In this document: positions 35,496 through 49,303 of the stretch, in pieces
Numbering within the stretch: the first letter of the stretch is position 1
How the letters are laid out: every line of letters begins with the position of its first letter
DNA from: Eledone cirrhosa
Lineage: Eukaryota
Direction of reading: 5' to 3'
Length of the DNA stretch: 64,000 bases
NCBI GenBank assembly: GCA_964016885.1
Contig: OZ024742.1
Location: 41,664,001-41,728,000, forward strand
Notes under the pieces: model-generated
Databases searched by the model: none
Told to the model about the DNA's origin: nothing
Seen by the model: the letters and a program-made list of their open reading frames with translations, nothing else
Position numbers and translations under genes: made by a program

Positions 35496-38123
35496 AAAAT
35501 ATTTCTGAAGAATATTCCCACCCCCTCTAAGAATTCTTACGAAAAACTCTTAATTGCTAGTGTTAACTCCTTCGTAAAAAGGATTAGATGGCGTGCTTTC
35601 CACTATGATATTAATAGGAATAGGAAGGACCCCAGGAATAGAACTCATTTCAATAACTATGGCTTCAAAACTTATAAGAGCCCACCACATAGTGTTCTAT
35701 TAGATAATTTTGAAAATGACTTACTCTCTCTAGTCAGAAATATTAAGTATAGGCCAAATAATAGACATAGAAATTATAATAAGTTTGATAAGTTCCAGTC
35801 TAGACTTAAAAATATTGTTAAGAGTTTTAGTGCGAATAAGTCTATTCTTGTCCCGGCGGATAAGACTAAGAATCTATACTCTATGGATTACAGTGCTTAC
35901 CGTGACTTTATTTATAAGGAGCTGCATAGAAATTATAAAAAGACTACGCAATATAATTTGAACCATATCAATAGTGAGGGTCTTAAAATAGTCTCGGACC
36001 TCGGCCTCGATAAGTATACCCAGCCATATTACCCTAGAGAACCGAGATTCACTCTTAAGGATCATAAGGTAGACTTCATTAGTAACCCCTCTGTTAGACT
36101 CATCTGTCCTTCTAAGTCCGATATAGCCATAATCAGTAAAAGAATCCTTGACCTTATTATACCAGATGTTAGGGATAAAGTTAATTTTAACCTATGGGGG
36201 AACACTAAGGAAGTTATAGATTGGTTCTCTGGCATTAATAAACTTGAATCTAATAAATTTATCCAGTTCGATATTGATGCCTACTACACATCGATTTCAC
36301 CCATCCTCCTCAATAAAGCCTTAATGTTGGCCATGAGAGTGTCCAGCCTTACACGATCACAGGTAGATATTATACTAGCAGCCCGTAGAACTATCATTAA
36401 TTTTGAGGACACATTTTGGACCCGTAAAAACACGCCCAACAATTTCGACGTTACAATGGGTTCGAGTGATTCGGCCCAGGTAACTGATCTTGTTGGGTTG
36501 TTCCTCCTAAATGAACTATATGTTACCTTTCCGCACCTTAAAGGCGGACTATATCGTGATGATGCATTGTTTGTGATTAACTCTAGCACCAACAATGTCG
36601 AGCATAATAAGAAGCTTTATAAGTTTTTTAAAAGCTATAACCTTTCGATCACGATAGATAGAAACGATAGAGCGGTCAACTTTTTAGATGTGACTTTGGA
36701 CTTGGTCACTAATAGTTTTAAACCCTTCCATAAGCCTAATGAAATACTTTCTTATGTTAGTGCCAATTCTAACCACCCCAAATCTATGATAAGCTCTATA
36801 ATTAAGGGCGTATCTAATAGGATTTCCATACTCTCTAAGGACGTAGGAACATTTAATGAACATGCGGAGTACTATAATAATGCCCTAGCTAATTCCGGTT
36901 ACTCTAGTAAAATACATTATAATAATAGTAACCTTAGAAAGTCTCCGCTTACTTATAATAATAATAACATAATATCCCATAATATGGCCATGAATGAGAG
37001 TAGGAAGCATAATAATCGTAGAAATTACATAGGTGTATCTGAACCCATCCATAAGTTAACCCACCGGACTCGTAATAGGGAATATAATACCTCTAGGAAT
37101 CAAGTCGAACCCTCTGAGCGCTCACTCATTGGTGATGCTTTTGCTAGATCTAATTCTAATAATGTTGTTTCTACTGATCCTATTATTGGCCCTAATCCTT
37201 TTGATAGGATTCCAGACAGCAGCAGATCTACTACAGGTAGAAACAGAAAGAGACTTAATGGAATTTCGGCTGATTCTAATAATGTGGTTTTAACTAATCC
37301 TTGTAGTAACCCTAGTCTTAATAATGGGATATTGGATAATGGTAGAGTCGGAAAGGATAAAAATAGAAGGAGACTAAATACTTATTTTAACCCGCCATAT
37401 AATCAGGAAGTATTAACTAATATCCCTAGGTCTTTCTTTTCTATCTTAGAGAAAAATTTCCCCCCTTCTCATAAATACCATAGTATTTTTAATAAAAATG
37501 TTATTAAACTTTCATTCTCTACCACCCCTAATATTAGTTCTCATTTAGCTAGCACTAACAATAGGAAAATTAGGGATGGATACTCCTCTCTACATACTAC
37601 TAGTCAGAACAGATCTGCAAATGCCTTACCACCAGAGCAGACCTTATCTAATAGTAATCCTACGTGTAATGCATCACTACTTCAGCCAATCAATAGCACC
37701 CGGAAGTGTAACTGTAGAGTGAGTGCTAACTGCCCTTTAAACGGTAACTGCCTCTCTAAGAACATCGTTTATGCTTGCGTAGTTATAACTAATTCCTCTA
37801 ATAGAACTTATATAGGCTCTACATCTAACACTTTTAAGACTAGGTTTAATTCTCATATCTCTAATTTCAAACATGTTAAGTTTAAGAAATCTACTTCTTT
37901 AGCACACTATATCTGGGATCTTAAGGGGGCTAATATACCATATAGCCTTAATTGGCGTTTAGTAGCACGCTCTAATAACCTTTCTACACATACTAAATTT
38001 TGTAATCTCTGTATCCTCGAGAGACACTCTATAATTTTCTCTAGTCTGAGATATTCTCTTCTTGCCCCCACGCTATTTCTAATTCTTACTTTTATTATAA
38101 ACCTAAAGGTTCTAGTAGTGTAA
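35493..38123 (+). CDS. Penelope-like element PLE-B RT + GIY-YIG endonuclease ORF (876 codons, no ATG start)
   Basis: LKNIP, PADKTKNLY, LKDHKVDF, IQFDIDAYYTSI, FDVTMGSSDSAQV, GLYRDD, NFLDVTLDL, CNCRVSANCPLNGNC, IVY...YIGST..TFKTRFNSH, CNLCILE; lacks the terminal LN..SEL.SxCRH seen in PLE-A and PLE-D. Confidence 0.92.
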
Positions 38124-39831
38124 ATTGTATCCATTAGCTGATATATTCCATTACTTATTTTTTTAGTTTAGGTTCATTTTGTTTACCACCATTATTATCA
38201 TCATTATTATCATTGGTTTTTGACAACTTTTTATTCTAGCTCTCATAATCTTTTGGCTACTATACCATATCTATCTTGTTACACATTAAATTTTCACTAT
38301 TAACACCTTATGAGTATATATCTGATTATATATTTTATATTATTTTATTTCATTTTATTTTATTTTATTTGGATTCTTCTTTGGATAACTAACCCCCCCC
38401 CCCCCCCTTCACCACCACCCCATGCACACATAAACTTATTGCTAACCCCTTCAAATATATTATGATTATATTTAATCCCCTTTTTTATGCTCCTTTCTAT
38501 TATATAATACAGTATATTGATTATGATTTTATGCTCCTTTGTATCCTTCATACATTTCTTCTTTTTTTCTGTCCACATTAGCCTACCATAATTCTGCTTA
38601 AAGTCAGTTTTTTAGATATCGTTATGTAAATGATAGTAGAATATTTCATTCCTTTCTATATATATTTATAGTGATATCTTAATGTTTAGGGATTTTGATT
38701 ACTTAGCTAATATTGTATTGCCTTATTAAGTATTTTAAATATTTTCAATATTAATTTATCAAATAGGGTTTTCGAGTCATTTATCCGGGTTGTTTCCTAA
38801 GTTTTTACTTAACTGCATGTGAGACCTAAGTAAATACTTTTGTTTTTGTTTTTTGATTTCCGGTCGATTTTATTTATTTATTTATTAATACTACTGTGCA
38901 TAGTATTTTCTGTCTGGCCCTTATTCACTCATTCACATATGTGTCTGTTTACCAACCTTGTAATTATAAGTAATTATATATTATATTATGTTCATTATTT
39001 TATATTGAAGTTGTTATTCAACTCTTTGTAAATGTACTATTGATCCTTATTACTTACCGATGATTTTATGTACCATTATGATATGTTAAATTTTATATAT
39101 TCTGTAAGATGTTTATATTTTTGTACCATCATAATTTTGGTATTGTACAATATATTTTTTTTTTCTCACCTGCTCTGTAACTCTATATGAATTCATTTGT
39201 TAACTTACATGCCATTATATATTATATATTATTATATTATTATTATAGTGTTATTGTGACATCTATATTGTTTGTGTAAATTAACCGGAGATTATCTATT
39301 ATATTATATTATATATTATATAATTATAGAGTTTATTATATATTATATGTGTTACTTTTAATCATTTCTTTACTTCATGTTTTACTGTATATTAGATATA
39401 CGTATTATTTTTATTTTTATTCCTATTATGCTTATTTATATTTAAACTCTTAATAAGGTTTAATTTGTGCTGTTAATGATGGAAATGTGTATTGATGTAT
39501 ATGTATATGTGCGTACGTGTGTGTATATATATACATATGTATATTGTGCCTTTTAATTTTAATTTTAATACTGTTACAAGTATATTATATTATATTATAT
39601 TATATTGTATTACATATAGTACTATAATTCCCGCTCTATATAACCACCTTTGTTTAGCTCTAGTTTTTTGCTTTGGACTATATTTGTAATATGGTTCAAA
39701 ATGTTATCCACCTCCTTAGTGATTTTTATTATATATTTTTACGCATAATCTTCCAATACTTTAGTGTATGTACACTCCATATTCTTCGGAGTTTTCGGCT
39801 TGTATTGGCCGATAGTGCTTCTTGTAGTTTT

Positions 39832-39880
39832 GATTGCCCTGATGAGTCCTTAATAGGACGAAACATTGTTGGCTAATAAA
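39832..39880 (+). ncRNA. Minimal type I hammerhead ribozyme followed by AATAAA
   Basis: GCC-CTGATGA-GTCCT taat AGGAC-GAA-AC att GT-T-GGC-taataaa. Confidence 0.85.
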
Positions 39881-40047
39881 GACTTTTGATGTATTGAAGG
39901 CTTCTTTGTTTTATTTTCATAATTCATCGGCTCTGTTTAATTACATTGAGCTATACCTTTTACTGTCATTTCTATAATACGAAGAGGGTGTTTAACTCCA
40001 ACACGCTCCAGTATTTTAATCCTTATATATATATATATATGTATATG

Positions 40048-40110
<63 letters not shown>

Positions 40111-40509
40111 GCATGCATGTATGTGTGTATGGATATGTATGTGTATATGTGTGTGTATGTATATATGTGTATGTGTTTGTGTGTACATATATGGGTGCGT
40201 ATATATTTGTGTATATGAGTATGGAGAGATATGCATGTGTGTATATATAGTTTTTACGTTATTATTGAGTACCCGTGTGAGTGTGCGCATATGTGAGCAA
40301 AAGATCACGTTTATATGTGTGTTCGTATTTCTATGTAGACGCACATACACTTATGTGAGAAAGTATACGTCTACGTTCTATTACGTATAAGCGCGTGTTT
40401 GAGTGTGTATGTTTATGTTCTGGATATTTATCTATATATTTTTTCCCCTAAATCCTTTTTGCCCGTTTTTTCAGCCTCACTTTCATATTTCCTAAATTTT
40501 GTTTACAAA

Positions 40510-41203
40510 TCCATATATATATATATATAACTGAGGATGTCTATCTGTGTGTGTGTGTGTGTGAGTTCGAATTCCTAAAACTCGAGAACCACCCAACCGA
40601 CTATTTTCAAACTTTACACATGTAATACTTATGTTTCAGGGAGTGTTCTGAGCAAAAATTTCAAATTTTCTATGCCCCATGAACCACATTAGCGATTTAG
40701 CAATCTCGCTCTATAATTCTTAGTCTTTCTCTTTTTAGATAGATACACACTTATAACGTCGCGCCCTTATAATATCTGTCTGTATGTCTGACTGTCTGCA
40801 TTACGTCACTTCCTTGAGGATGTCTGTGTGTGTGTATGTGTGTGTGTGTGTGTGAGTTTGAATCCCTAAAACTCGAGAAGTACCCAACCGATTTTTTTCA
40901 AACTTTACATGTGTAAGTTTTTCAGCTTCTTAGGGCTTTTTGGAGGCGTTACGTCTAGCCGATTTTCCAGAAATTTCAAGGCATATATGCACATAAAAAT
41001 AATTCATTTTCTTGATCCCCTAGGGCCTGCATTAGGTGAAAACCTGCATTTTTCCTGCTTCATCGAGGAAAATCTTAAAGATTATCCAGCCATCAGAGTA
41101 TTCGGTTTATTTTCTTTACATATTGTCCAGGCATGCAGTTTTTAGGTCTATTGGCGGCCGCGTTCCAAAATACCTTATCCCGTGCAACGTCGGGTACCAC
41201 TGT
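40510..41203 (+). mobile_element. Non-autonomous Helitron, 3' CTAG lost
   Basis: 5' TC + (TA)n + gatgtctatctgtgtgtg head like 13581; duplicated ~110-bp internal block; 3' hairpin cccgtgcaacgtcggg. Confidence 0.65.
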
Positions 41204-41209
41204 TATTTA

Positions 41210-41271
41210 TTCATTCTGACGACTGAAGACACATATAAATATCTGCCTTCAAGAAACCACTGGTAAATGAA
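41210..41271 (+). ncRNA. Type I hammerhead ribozyme, diverged PLE-C family copy
   Basis: TTCATT-CTGACGA-cTGAAG...CTTCAa-GAA-ACC act GGT-A-AATGAA. Confidence 0.78.
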
Positions 41272-41561
41272 ATAATTATCTTATGTTGTTTAGTACATAA
41301 CTATATATATATACAAACACACGCACACACATACATATATACAAACACACATATACACGCATATAAACACACACACAAACATGTATATAAACACACACAC
41401 ACACACATATATATTTTTTGTGTGTGAGTATGTATATATATATATATATATACATACACACACAAAAATATATATAAACACACACACCCATATATATATA
41501 CACACACATTTACATATAAACACACACACTCATATACACAGCCACTTTACTATGAAACAAT

Positions 41562-42100
41562 ATAAAAACGGAAAACATGAAACGAAATTTCATTTCTCAC
41601 TCTTAGTACGACTGTTACTTAAATATAAGTATGTATACGTACATACATATATGTATACAGACGTACAGTAGTATGTATATATATATACATACATGCACAC
41701 ATATATATATATGTACGTATGGATTCACCGAATATTTATTATAATGCCCGGTGTGTTTGTAAATAAACATCCCGAATTAAGCTGTACAGTGTCTAGCAAC
41801 CATCGTTGCTCATTTGTTCAACACTGACAAAGGAACGCTGTACTAGTTTCAAGCTTAATAACTATCGTCAGCAACGTATACCTTCCTGCCAGATGGTTGA
41901 ACGTCTGAAAGTATATACTTTCCTTATGCATATTAACTGCTGAGCAGCCTAATTTGCATATCGAGTGAGTTAATCGGCCGGGGTACCGAAAACGATAAAC
42001 GGAAAAAATGAAACGAAATTTCATTTCTCACTCTTAGTACGGCTGTTGCTTAAATATAAGTATGTATACGTACATACATATATGTATATAGACGTACATA
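41562..42100 (-). mobile_element. Second copy of the 425/431-bp retrozyme-like unit
   Basis: aaacgaaatttcatttctcactcttagtacg repeats at 41580 and 42011. Confidence 0.8.
41835..41877 (-). ncRNA. Type I hammerhead ribozyme, GUA site
   Basis: ACGTTG-CTGACGA-tAGTT atta AGCTt-GAA-ACTAGT-A-CAGCGT. Confidence 0.82.
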
Positions 42101-42112
42101 TATATATGTATA

Positions 42113-44850
42113 TAGAAACGAGAAAGAATTAACAGGTAAATTAGAAGAAGCAATCAAGAGCGAAGATGTGGCCAGAGTGCTGGCATCGAGGACGGCCTTG
42201 AACCAGTTTTTCGATGCAAAGCACGAAGGCTGCGTCATTCGAAGTAAAATACGTGCTCTAGGTAATGAGGGGGCCAAAGCCGTTGGCTGGGCCCGCGTGA
42301 CAGAAGCTAAGAGTGGAAATCGATCCACCATCCGGTCATTGCAAGACGAAGATGGACGGGTGATCCGGGAGCCTAAGCAGATGTGCAAGGCCTTTCAAAG
42401 GCACTTTGCCCGATTGTTCGGGTGAGGCGAGGGTCCGGGCGGGGCCGTGGATTTCGGTCCATACCTCGACGACCTGCCGCGTCTCTCGAGGCAGAGTCCT
42501 GCGAGGGACCAATCTCGGCTGATGAGATCGGAGATGCGCTGAGCCAATGCAGCAGACGCAAATCTCCAGGTCTCGATGGTATACCTTACGAACTTTATTT
42601 AGCAATGCCGGTATTCTTCTCCGAACTCCTCGAAGCGGTCTACTGCAATTGGCAGCAGAACGGGAGAATTCCTTGTTCTGTAGCCAAGGGCGTAGTCACG
42701 CTGGTGAGGAAGGACGAGAACAAGGGAGATAGTATAAATAATTTTCGGCCCATAACCCTGCTAAACACAGAGTTAAAGATTTTGGCCAAGGTGTTAGCAA
42801 AGAGGTTGGCGCTTGTCGTGGGTGGCCTGGTGGGAGATGCGCAGACATGTGCTATCCCATCCAGGTCCATTCACAATAACCTCCACCTCATGCGATACAT
42901 CATAGAGAGGGTTGGCAACAAACCCGGCTTCGGTGGGGCCCGATCAACTTGGATCAGTCTAAGGCCTTCGATAGGGTCGACCATGGTTACCTGGATGCGG
43001 TGCTAGCGGCGGCTGGGTTCGGTCCTGTTTTCAGAGGCTGGATCACTGCCTTACATAGCAACCACATCTGTTCTAGGATCAAGGTGAACGGCTACCTTTC
43101 AAAGCCGTTCGAAATCACACGATCCATTCGACAGGGGTGCCCTCTCTTCTCCCTTCTGTACGTATTGACTCTCGAGCCTTTACTGAGGAAGTTGGAGTTG
43201 TTGCAGGGTATCCCCCTGGAACCAGGATTGAGCAAAGCGGTGTCAGCCTACGCCGATGACATAACAGTAATGGTATCGACCGACTCGGAGATCGAGGCGA
43301 TCGGTACCTTACTGGAGGATTACGAAAGGTTGTCAGGAGCGAAACTGAACCGGGAAAAATCCATCGGGCTGCAACTCGGAACGTGGAGAGGCAGACCGAT
43401 GCCTCCCGACGGTGTCGTCGGACACTGGACGGAGGGCCCGGTAAAGTTGCTTGGGGTTTGTTTTGGACCGGACCTCCAGGTGGAAAAGAACTGGAACGAG
43501 GTTACGAACAAGATGTTTGCACTAACCCAGAAATGGGCCAAGAGTAAGCTGTCCCTAAAAGGCCGGGCGGAGGTGGCGAACATTTACATAGCGTCCGTCA
43601 CTTACTACCGCCTGACTGTCGTGCCTTGCCCTAAGGAAACACTCACCACCATGGAACGCATGCGCTTCCAATTTCTTTGGAAGAAGCGCCCTCCTATGGT
43701 GAGAAGATCCATCTGCTGCCAACAACCTTCGAAAGGAGGGCTGGGGATGCCGTGGTTGATGATGCGTAGGCACGCATTAAGGCTACGGCACCTACAGGTA
43801 TTCCTCACTGGTCAACCGGTGTGGGCTCCGTTCATGAAACGAGCCTTTCCGAGACTCGTCTCGCTCACCGAGCTGCAGTCCTGGGTCAAGCAAAGATCCG
43901 GAAAACTGGGAGACTGGCACACTGAGTGTGCTCAGGCGCTCAGGGCTCTCTGGCAGGCGGGCCAGGCCATCGGTGGAGAATCCACCTCATCATTCTATAG
44001 AGGGCTGGTGGCTAGCAGGGGTGATGACACCCTTGGAGAGTCGCTGGACATGGACGAGGACGAACTGGCCAGCCTGTTCGGTAGGACTTTCGGCCCGGGA
44101 CCAATGGACAACTTCCAGAAGTCACTAGCCTGGCAGTGCTACCGGGGGGCTCTACCCATTCGAGAGAGGCACTACAGACACGGGCGCCCGGGCAGGGATC
44201 CCTCAAAAAAGATTTGCCCTAGATGCGTGCGTCACGAAGAAACTGTTGCGCACGCATTGGTGCAATGTTCGGGCGTGGCTGATCTGTGGGGCTACGCCGA
44301 ACGACTGCTGTCGCGGGTGGCGCCGATTCGATTGACCACCGAGTCCGTGATGACAATCAAACCACCTCCCCTCTTCACAAAGGAAGCAAAGGCGGTTTTT
44401 CTGTGCGTAATAGCCATGTTGAAAGAGGTTGTTTGGTGGACACGATTGAAAGGTCTGAGGTCAGGCAACTTCCTCTCTGGCCATAGTCTGGTCTACTTCT
44501 TCCGATATCACTTCGGAAGAAGGATAAGAATGGAGAGAGAGGTGCTTGGCCACAGGCAGTTTTATGAAAGGTGGGTGATAGTGGCGAGAATGGCTCGTGT
44601 AAATGGGCCTTCTCTGTATACCATCCTGTAGGTAAAGAAGTAAAGGAGAGGGGAGCACCTTCTCCATGTACTCCCCGGGCAAAGGATTGCACACTTTTTC
44701 GGGGGTGTGTGCAACCCCCATCACGTCCCCTCCCTTTTGAGGTTATTTTCGATTATTTTCATTTTATACCCTTTTTACTCGATTGTATGTAAACTCCCCC
44801 TTTGTATTTGTCCCTTCTTTTTATGCCTTTATGGTAAATAAAGAAATATA
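42113..44850 (+). mobile_element. 5'-truncated L1/Tx1-like LINE (ORF2 RT + CCHC finger)
   Basis: KSPGLDGIPYELY, FRPITLLNTELKILAKVLA, DQSKAFDRVDH, RQGCPL, AYADD, GGLGMP, CPRCVRHEETVAHALVQC; frame breaks near 42425 and 42940; 3' aataaagaaa. Confidence 0.93.
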
Positions 44851-45285
44851 TCTATTTATCTGTATTTAATACTACTAAAACTGTGATTGTGCCTTGTCTG
44901 TTATTTAATACAACCAAAACAGTGCATAATGGGAAAATACTTTGAAAGGAAGTTGCCCCTGAAAGGGGAATACAAATGGAATAAAACATGTTTTGCGTAA
45001 ATTGGTGCATGGCTTCCTGGGATATGAGGTTTTTCCAGGTACCTTCATAAATAGAGAGAGAGAAAGCAATAGTGGTTGTGAGAGAGTAGATTGAAAGAGA
45101 GACATTGAGAGAGAAAGACATAGAGAGAGAGAGACATAGAGAGAGAGAGAGAAAAGAAGACAGAGAAGGAAAATGGAAAATGGAAGATAGAGAGAGAGAG
45201 AGGGGGCTGGTGGTGTTGAATGAAATTATAACTAGTGACTTCAAAGAATCAAATACAGCAGCATTACTGTATCTAACTAGATAAC

Positions 45286-45430
45286 ATCGACCCCGTAAGA
45301 ATGAAAGGCAAAGTCAACCTCAAATCCCGCCGAGGTTGACTTTGCCTTTCATCCTTACGGGGTCGATAAAATAAAGTACCAGTAATGCACTGGTTATTTG
45401 CTGGCCTTGTGCCTAAAGTAGAAACAATTA
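45286..45430. mobile_element. SINE fragment with a short inverted piece
   Basis: aaatcccgccgaggttgactttgcctttcatcc...ggccttgtgcc as in 62576-62764. Confidence 0.85.
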
Positions 45431-45599
45431 CTGTATCTAACTAGAATTTGGTGACTGAATATTAAATTATATGTATCATATAACTTGTGTTAGGACAGGA
45501 TGTGTGTGTGTATATGTGTGCGTGTGTGTGTATATATGAGTGTGTGTATCATCATCATCCTCATCGTTTAACGTCTATCTTCCACGTTAGCATACACAC

Positions 45600-45630
<31 letters not shown>

Positions 45631-45645
45631 TACAGACATATACAT

Positions 45646-47205
45646 GCGAATTGATCTAGATGAAATGCAGTTTGGGTTTGTGTCAGGTAAAAGTACCACA
45701 GACGCGCTTTTCCTTGTACGACAACTACAGGAAAAGTACCTAGCTAAAAGTAAACCCCTATACTTAGCTTTCCATTATCTGGTGGGCTCTTACAAAACTA
45801 GGTGTTGATGAATGGCTTGTGAGAGCTATACAAGCCATGTATAAAGAAACAGTCAGCAACAGAGTGAGATTTATGTATAAGCTAAACAAGCTATAGCTTA
45901 GGGCCCCCACTTTCTTGGGGCCCCCAAAAAATTGAAAAAGAACGGTGTGTACATTTCCAAAATATAAGATTAAAAAACACTAAAATAATGCAATAGTTTT
46001 AAACAGTTTTCTGCTTTAATATTGAACTTTTTGCAGTTTTTATAACATATAAAGGGCCCCATTATCTCAAATAGCTTAGGGTCTCATCAAATCTAAATCC
46101 GGCCCTGGTTAGCAAGGTTAGAATTAACAACGAATATAGTGAAGAATTTAGCGTAAAAGTTGGTTTTCATCAGGGCTCTGTCCTTAGCCCCGTCCTATTT
46201 ATTATTGCCCTTCAGACTATAACAGAGGAGTTCAAGAGCGGCTGCCCATGGGAACTTCTATATGCAGATGATCTAACGCTCATAGCTGTATCAATGGCTG
46301 AACTAGAGAAGAAATTCCAAACATGGAAGCATGGCCTAGAATCAAAAGGCCTTAAAATTAACTTGTCTAAGACTAAAGTTCTAGTATGTAGGAAGGAAAA
46401 TATGGTACTGGTCCCCTCTGGGAAATGGCCATGCTCAGTGTGTAGGAAAGGAGTAGGCAGAAACTCCATTTTATGTCCCAAATGCAAAGTATGGGTGCAT
46501 AAAAGATGTAGTGGGATCACAGGTAAGCTAACTAAGAACATACATTTTATATGTGGCCGGTGCTCAGGTGCAATAAGTAGTAGCAAGTGCCCACAGGATA
46601 CTAGCTCCTTCCATTGCCCAGATGGTTCTATAGAAATAGTGGACACCTTCCGTTACCTGGGTGACAAAATCAGCAGTGGTGGAGGGTGCTCTGAAAGTAC
46701 AGTAGCCAGAGTCAGAACGGGATGGAAAATGTTCAGAGAGCTTATACCACTATTGGCCGCTAAAGGTTTCTCTCTAAAAATGAAAGGCAGACTGTATGAT
46801 GCCTGCATACGAACAACAATGTTACATGGCAGTGAGACATGGGCATTGTGTGCAGAGGATCTGCGCAGACTGGAGAGGAACGAAGCTTGCATGCTCCAGT
46901 GGATGTGTAATACGTGAACGGCAAAACATAAATGAACTGAGAAATTAGGAATAAGAAGGATCAGATGCTGTTTACTCAAGAGAAGACTATGTTGGTATGG
47001 TCACTTGATGCGCATAACAGACGACAGCTGTATAAAAAAGTGCAGGGAGATCAAAATTGATGGTAGTTATGGAGTAGGCAGACCCAGAAAAACCTGGGAC
47101 GATTTGATAAATTCCGACCTTACACACTTACACCTCTCCAAGGCAATGTCACTGGACCGAGATCTTTGGCACTACGCAGTAATACAGAAGACCCGCTTTG
47201 CCTAA
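45646..47205 (+). mobile_element. RTE-clade LINE, RT and C-terminal region, decayed
   Basis: MQFGFVSGKSTTDA, HQGSVLSPVLF, ELLYADDL, KWPCSVCRKGVGRNSILCPKCKVWVHKRC, FRYLGD, MLHGSETW, GRPRKTW. Confidence 0.92.
45860..46107. mobile_element. hAT-type MITE nested in the RTE element
   Basis: Ends cagagtgagattta / taaatccggccctg; flanking 8-mers gtcagcaa and gttagcaa (7/8 TSD). Confidence 0.8.
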
Positions 47206-47380
47206 GTACAAAGCGAAACCTAGTCAGTGGGCACCTCTTAACCAAAATACACCCCCATCCACTACCCCTACCCCCACCTGGTCTCTATGTAATGTACCCT
47301 GCTTCCCCCGTTCTTCCATTCTTTCCATGCCTGTCTCTTGACCTTAACTGCCTCATCTATCTTATTGGTCCACCACCAAA

Positions 47381-48130
47381 TCACTCCAAGGCTTTTGTGT
47401 TCACGACCGTCCATCTGTCATGTCCTCTGATGAGGATAAAATCTATCTGACTAGAATGCTCCCCTGATCTGTAGGTGATCAGATGGTTGTCGGGTTTTTT
47501 GAAGTTTGTGTTACATATCGACATGCCATTGGCGTCGCAGAATTCTAGAAGCCTGAAACCTTCTTCATTTCTTGTGGCCTCCATGGACTCTATAGAAGCC
47601 GTCACGGTGTTTACCGACGTGTCTGTTAAAATGTTGTTTGTTAGAGCAGTAGTGTGCATTAGGGAATCGTAAAACCTATCTTTAAGTTCATCTGGCAATC
47701 CCAATTGGGGTGCGTAAGCCGATATTATTGTGGTAATTGTTTTATTCAGGACTAGCCTGAGTTTAATGATTCTTGCATTCACCCTGTTTACTGAGATTAC
47801 CTTATCTATCCATTTGCCAGCTAGTAGGATACCTACACCACCCATCCCATCGTCATTTCCCACCCAGAAAAATTTGTAGCACTGACTTTTGCCTACAAGG
47901 ACTCTAGCAGACTCTCCTCTCCATATAGTCTCTTGCACACAGCATACATCAATTTCCTTTCGCTCTAGCATCTCTACAATTTCTCCTGCTATTCCTTTCA
48001 TTGATGGTTCCAACTCGGAGTTTTGGGCATTTGCCAACATTTGTGAGAAAGGGTAAATTTTTGCAGGGGTGTGTGTATGCTTCCTGTCTCTGAATTAAAG
48101 CTTCGCAGGGGTGCTTGGTAACTCGCGGAT
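47381..48130 (-). mobile_element. RTE LINE AP-endonuclease fragment
   Basis: IDVCCVQETIWRG, GGVGILL, IISAYAPQ, RNEEGFRLLEFC, SQIDFIL. Confidence 0.9.
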
Positions 48131-48323
48131 TCATATTCATATATATATATATACAACCCATGCTAGCGTGGAAGATGGACGTTAAATGAAGATGATGATA
48201 TATATATATATATATATATATATGTGAGTGTGTATGTGTGTGTGAAAAGTAAACAGAAACAACAGAGCAAACAATACAGTACAATGAAGATATATATTTA
48301 TTAACATTTGATAGGGAAAGAGT

Positions 48324-48358
48324 CTTAACATTTCGGATGATAGTCCGTCATCAGATGG
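48324..48358 (-). ncRNA. Decayed minimal hammerhead motif (PLE 3' end type)
   Basis: CTGATGA-c-GGA ctatca TCC-GAAA-tgtt; stems I and III pair poorly. Confidence 0.5.
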
Positions 48359-48771
48359 TAGAATGAGAAATAAAAGGAATAGAAAGATAGAGGAGAGTGA
48401 AAAGAAAGGAAGAAATAGAAAAAAATGGTGGCGGGGTGATCAGTCAGCCATTTTGAAGGGGAAGAAAAATAAAGAGACATGGTCAAAAGATGTCAAAATA
48501 TAATAAGACTCTATAAACTGATTTGGTTGAGACTTAACTGACAAAGAGAGAATAACAATGGAAGGGAACATTTGGACAATATGCCACAATTAATAACAAA
48601 TATTGCAATGACACTATGGATAGTGGTGGTAGTTAATTCTAAGACACAAAACCCAACTGTCAACTGTTCATAACATCAAAATAGTGACAAATGTCTGTGT
48701 AACCAAACTAAGTATTAAAGTTAATCAAAAGTAAATCAGTGCAGAAGATCACAAATTTATATAACATTCAG

Positions 48772-49303
48772 GCGGTTGCGCTGGTATGGACATGTGATGC
48801 GTATGAAGGATGACAGCTGCATAAAAAGGTGCAGAGCACTAGAAGTCAATGGAAACCGCGGAGTGGGGAGACCCAAGATGACCTGGGATGAGGTGATAAA
48901 AGCCGACCTTACCCAATTACACCTCTCAAAGGCAATGACACACGACCGTGACCTCTGGCGTCACGCAGTAATACAGAGTACCCGACCTCCCATGGGTACA
49001 AGCTGAAGCATATAGAGAATATGCCTCCACACCCCCCACTGTAAAGTGGTCGTGGAGGTGCCACAGCAAAAAAGCACCCAGCCCACACTGTAAAGTGGAC
49101 GTGTAGGCGCCACGAATAGCACCCAGCAATTCACTGTAAATGAGGTTGGTGTTAGGAAGGGCATCCAGCTGTAGAAATCAAGCCAAATCAGTTCCTGTAT
49201 GAGCAAGGCATGGTCACCCGACCAGACACTGCCCACAACAGGACAACCCGTCTAACCCATGCTAGTGTGGAAGAACGGACATAAAACGGTGATGATGATG
49301 ATT
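48772..49303 (+). mobile_element. 3' end of an RTE LINE with (GAT)n tail
   Basis: LRWYGHVMRM...GRPKMTWDEVI then cactgtaaagtgg repeats and gatgatgatga; near-identical inverted copy at 62138-62458. Confidence 0.9.

Larger units (their letters stand above)
35493..40022 (+). mobile_element. PLE-B element including long AT-rich 3' UTR and pLTR
   Basis: ORF followed by ~1.7 kb of T-rich DNA, a hammerhead, AATAAA, then (TA)n. Confidence 0.7.
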
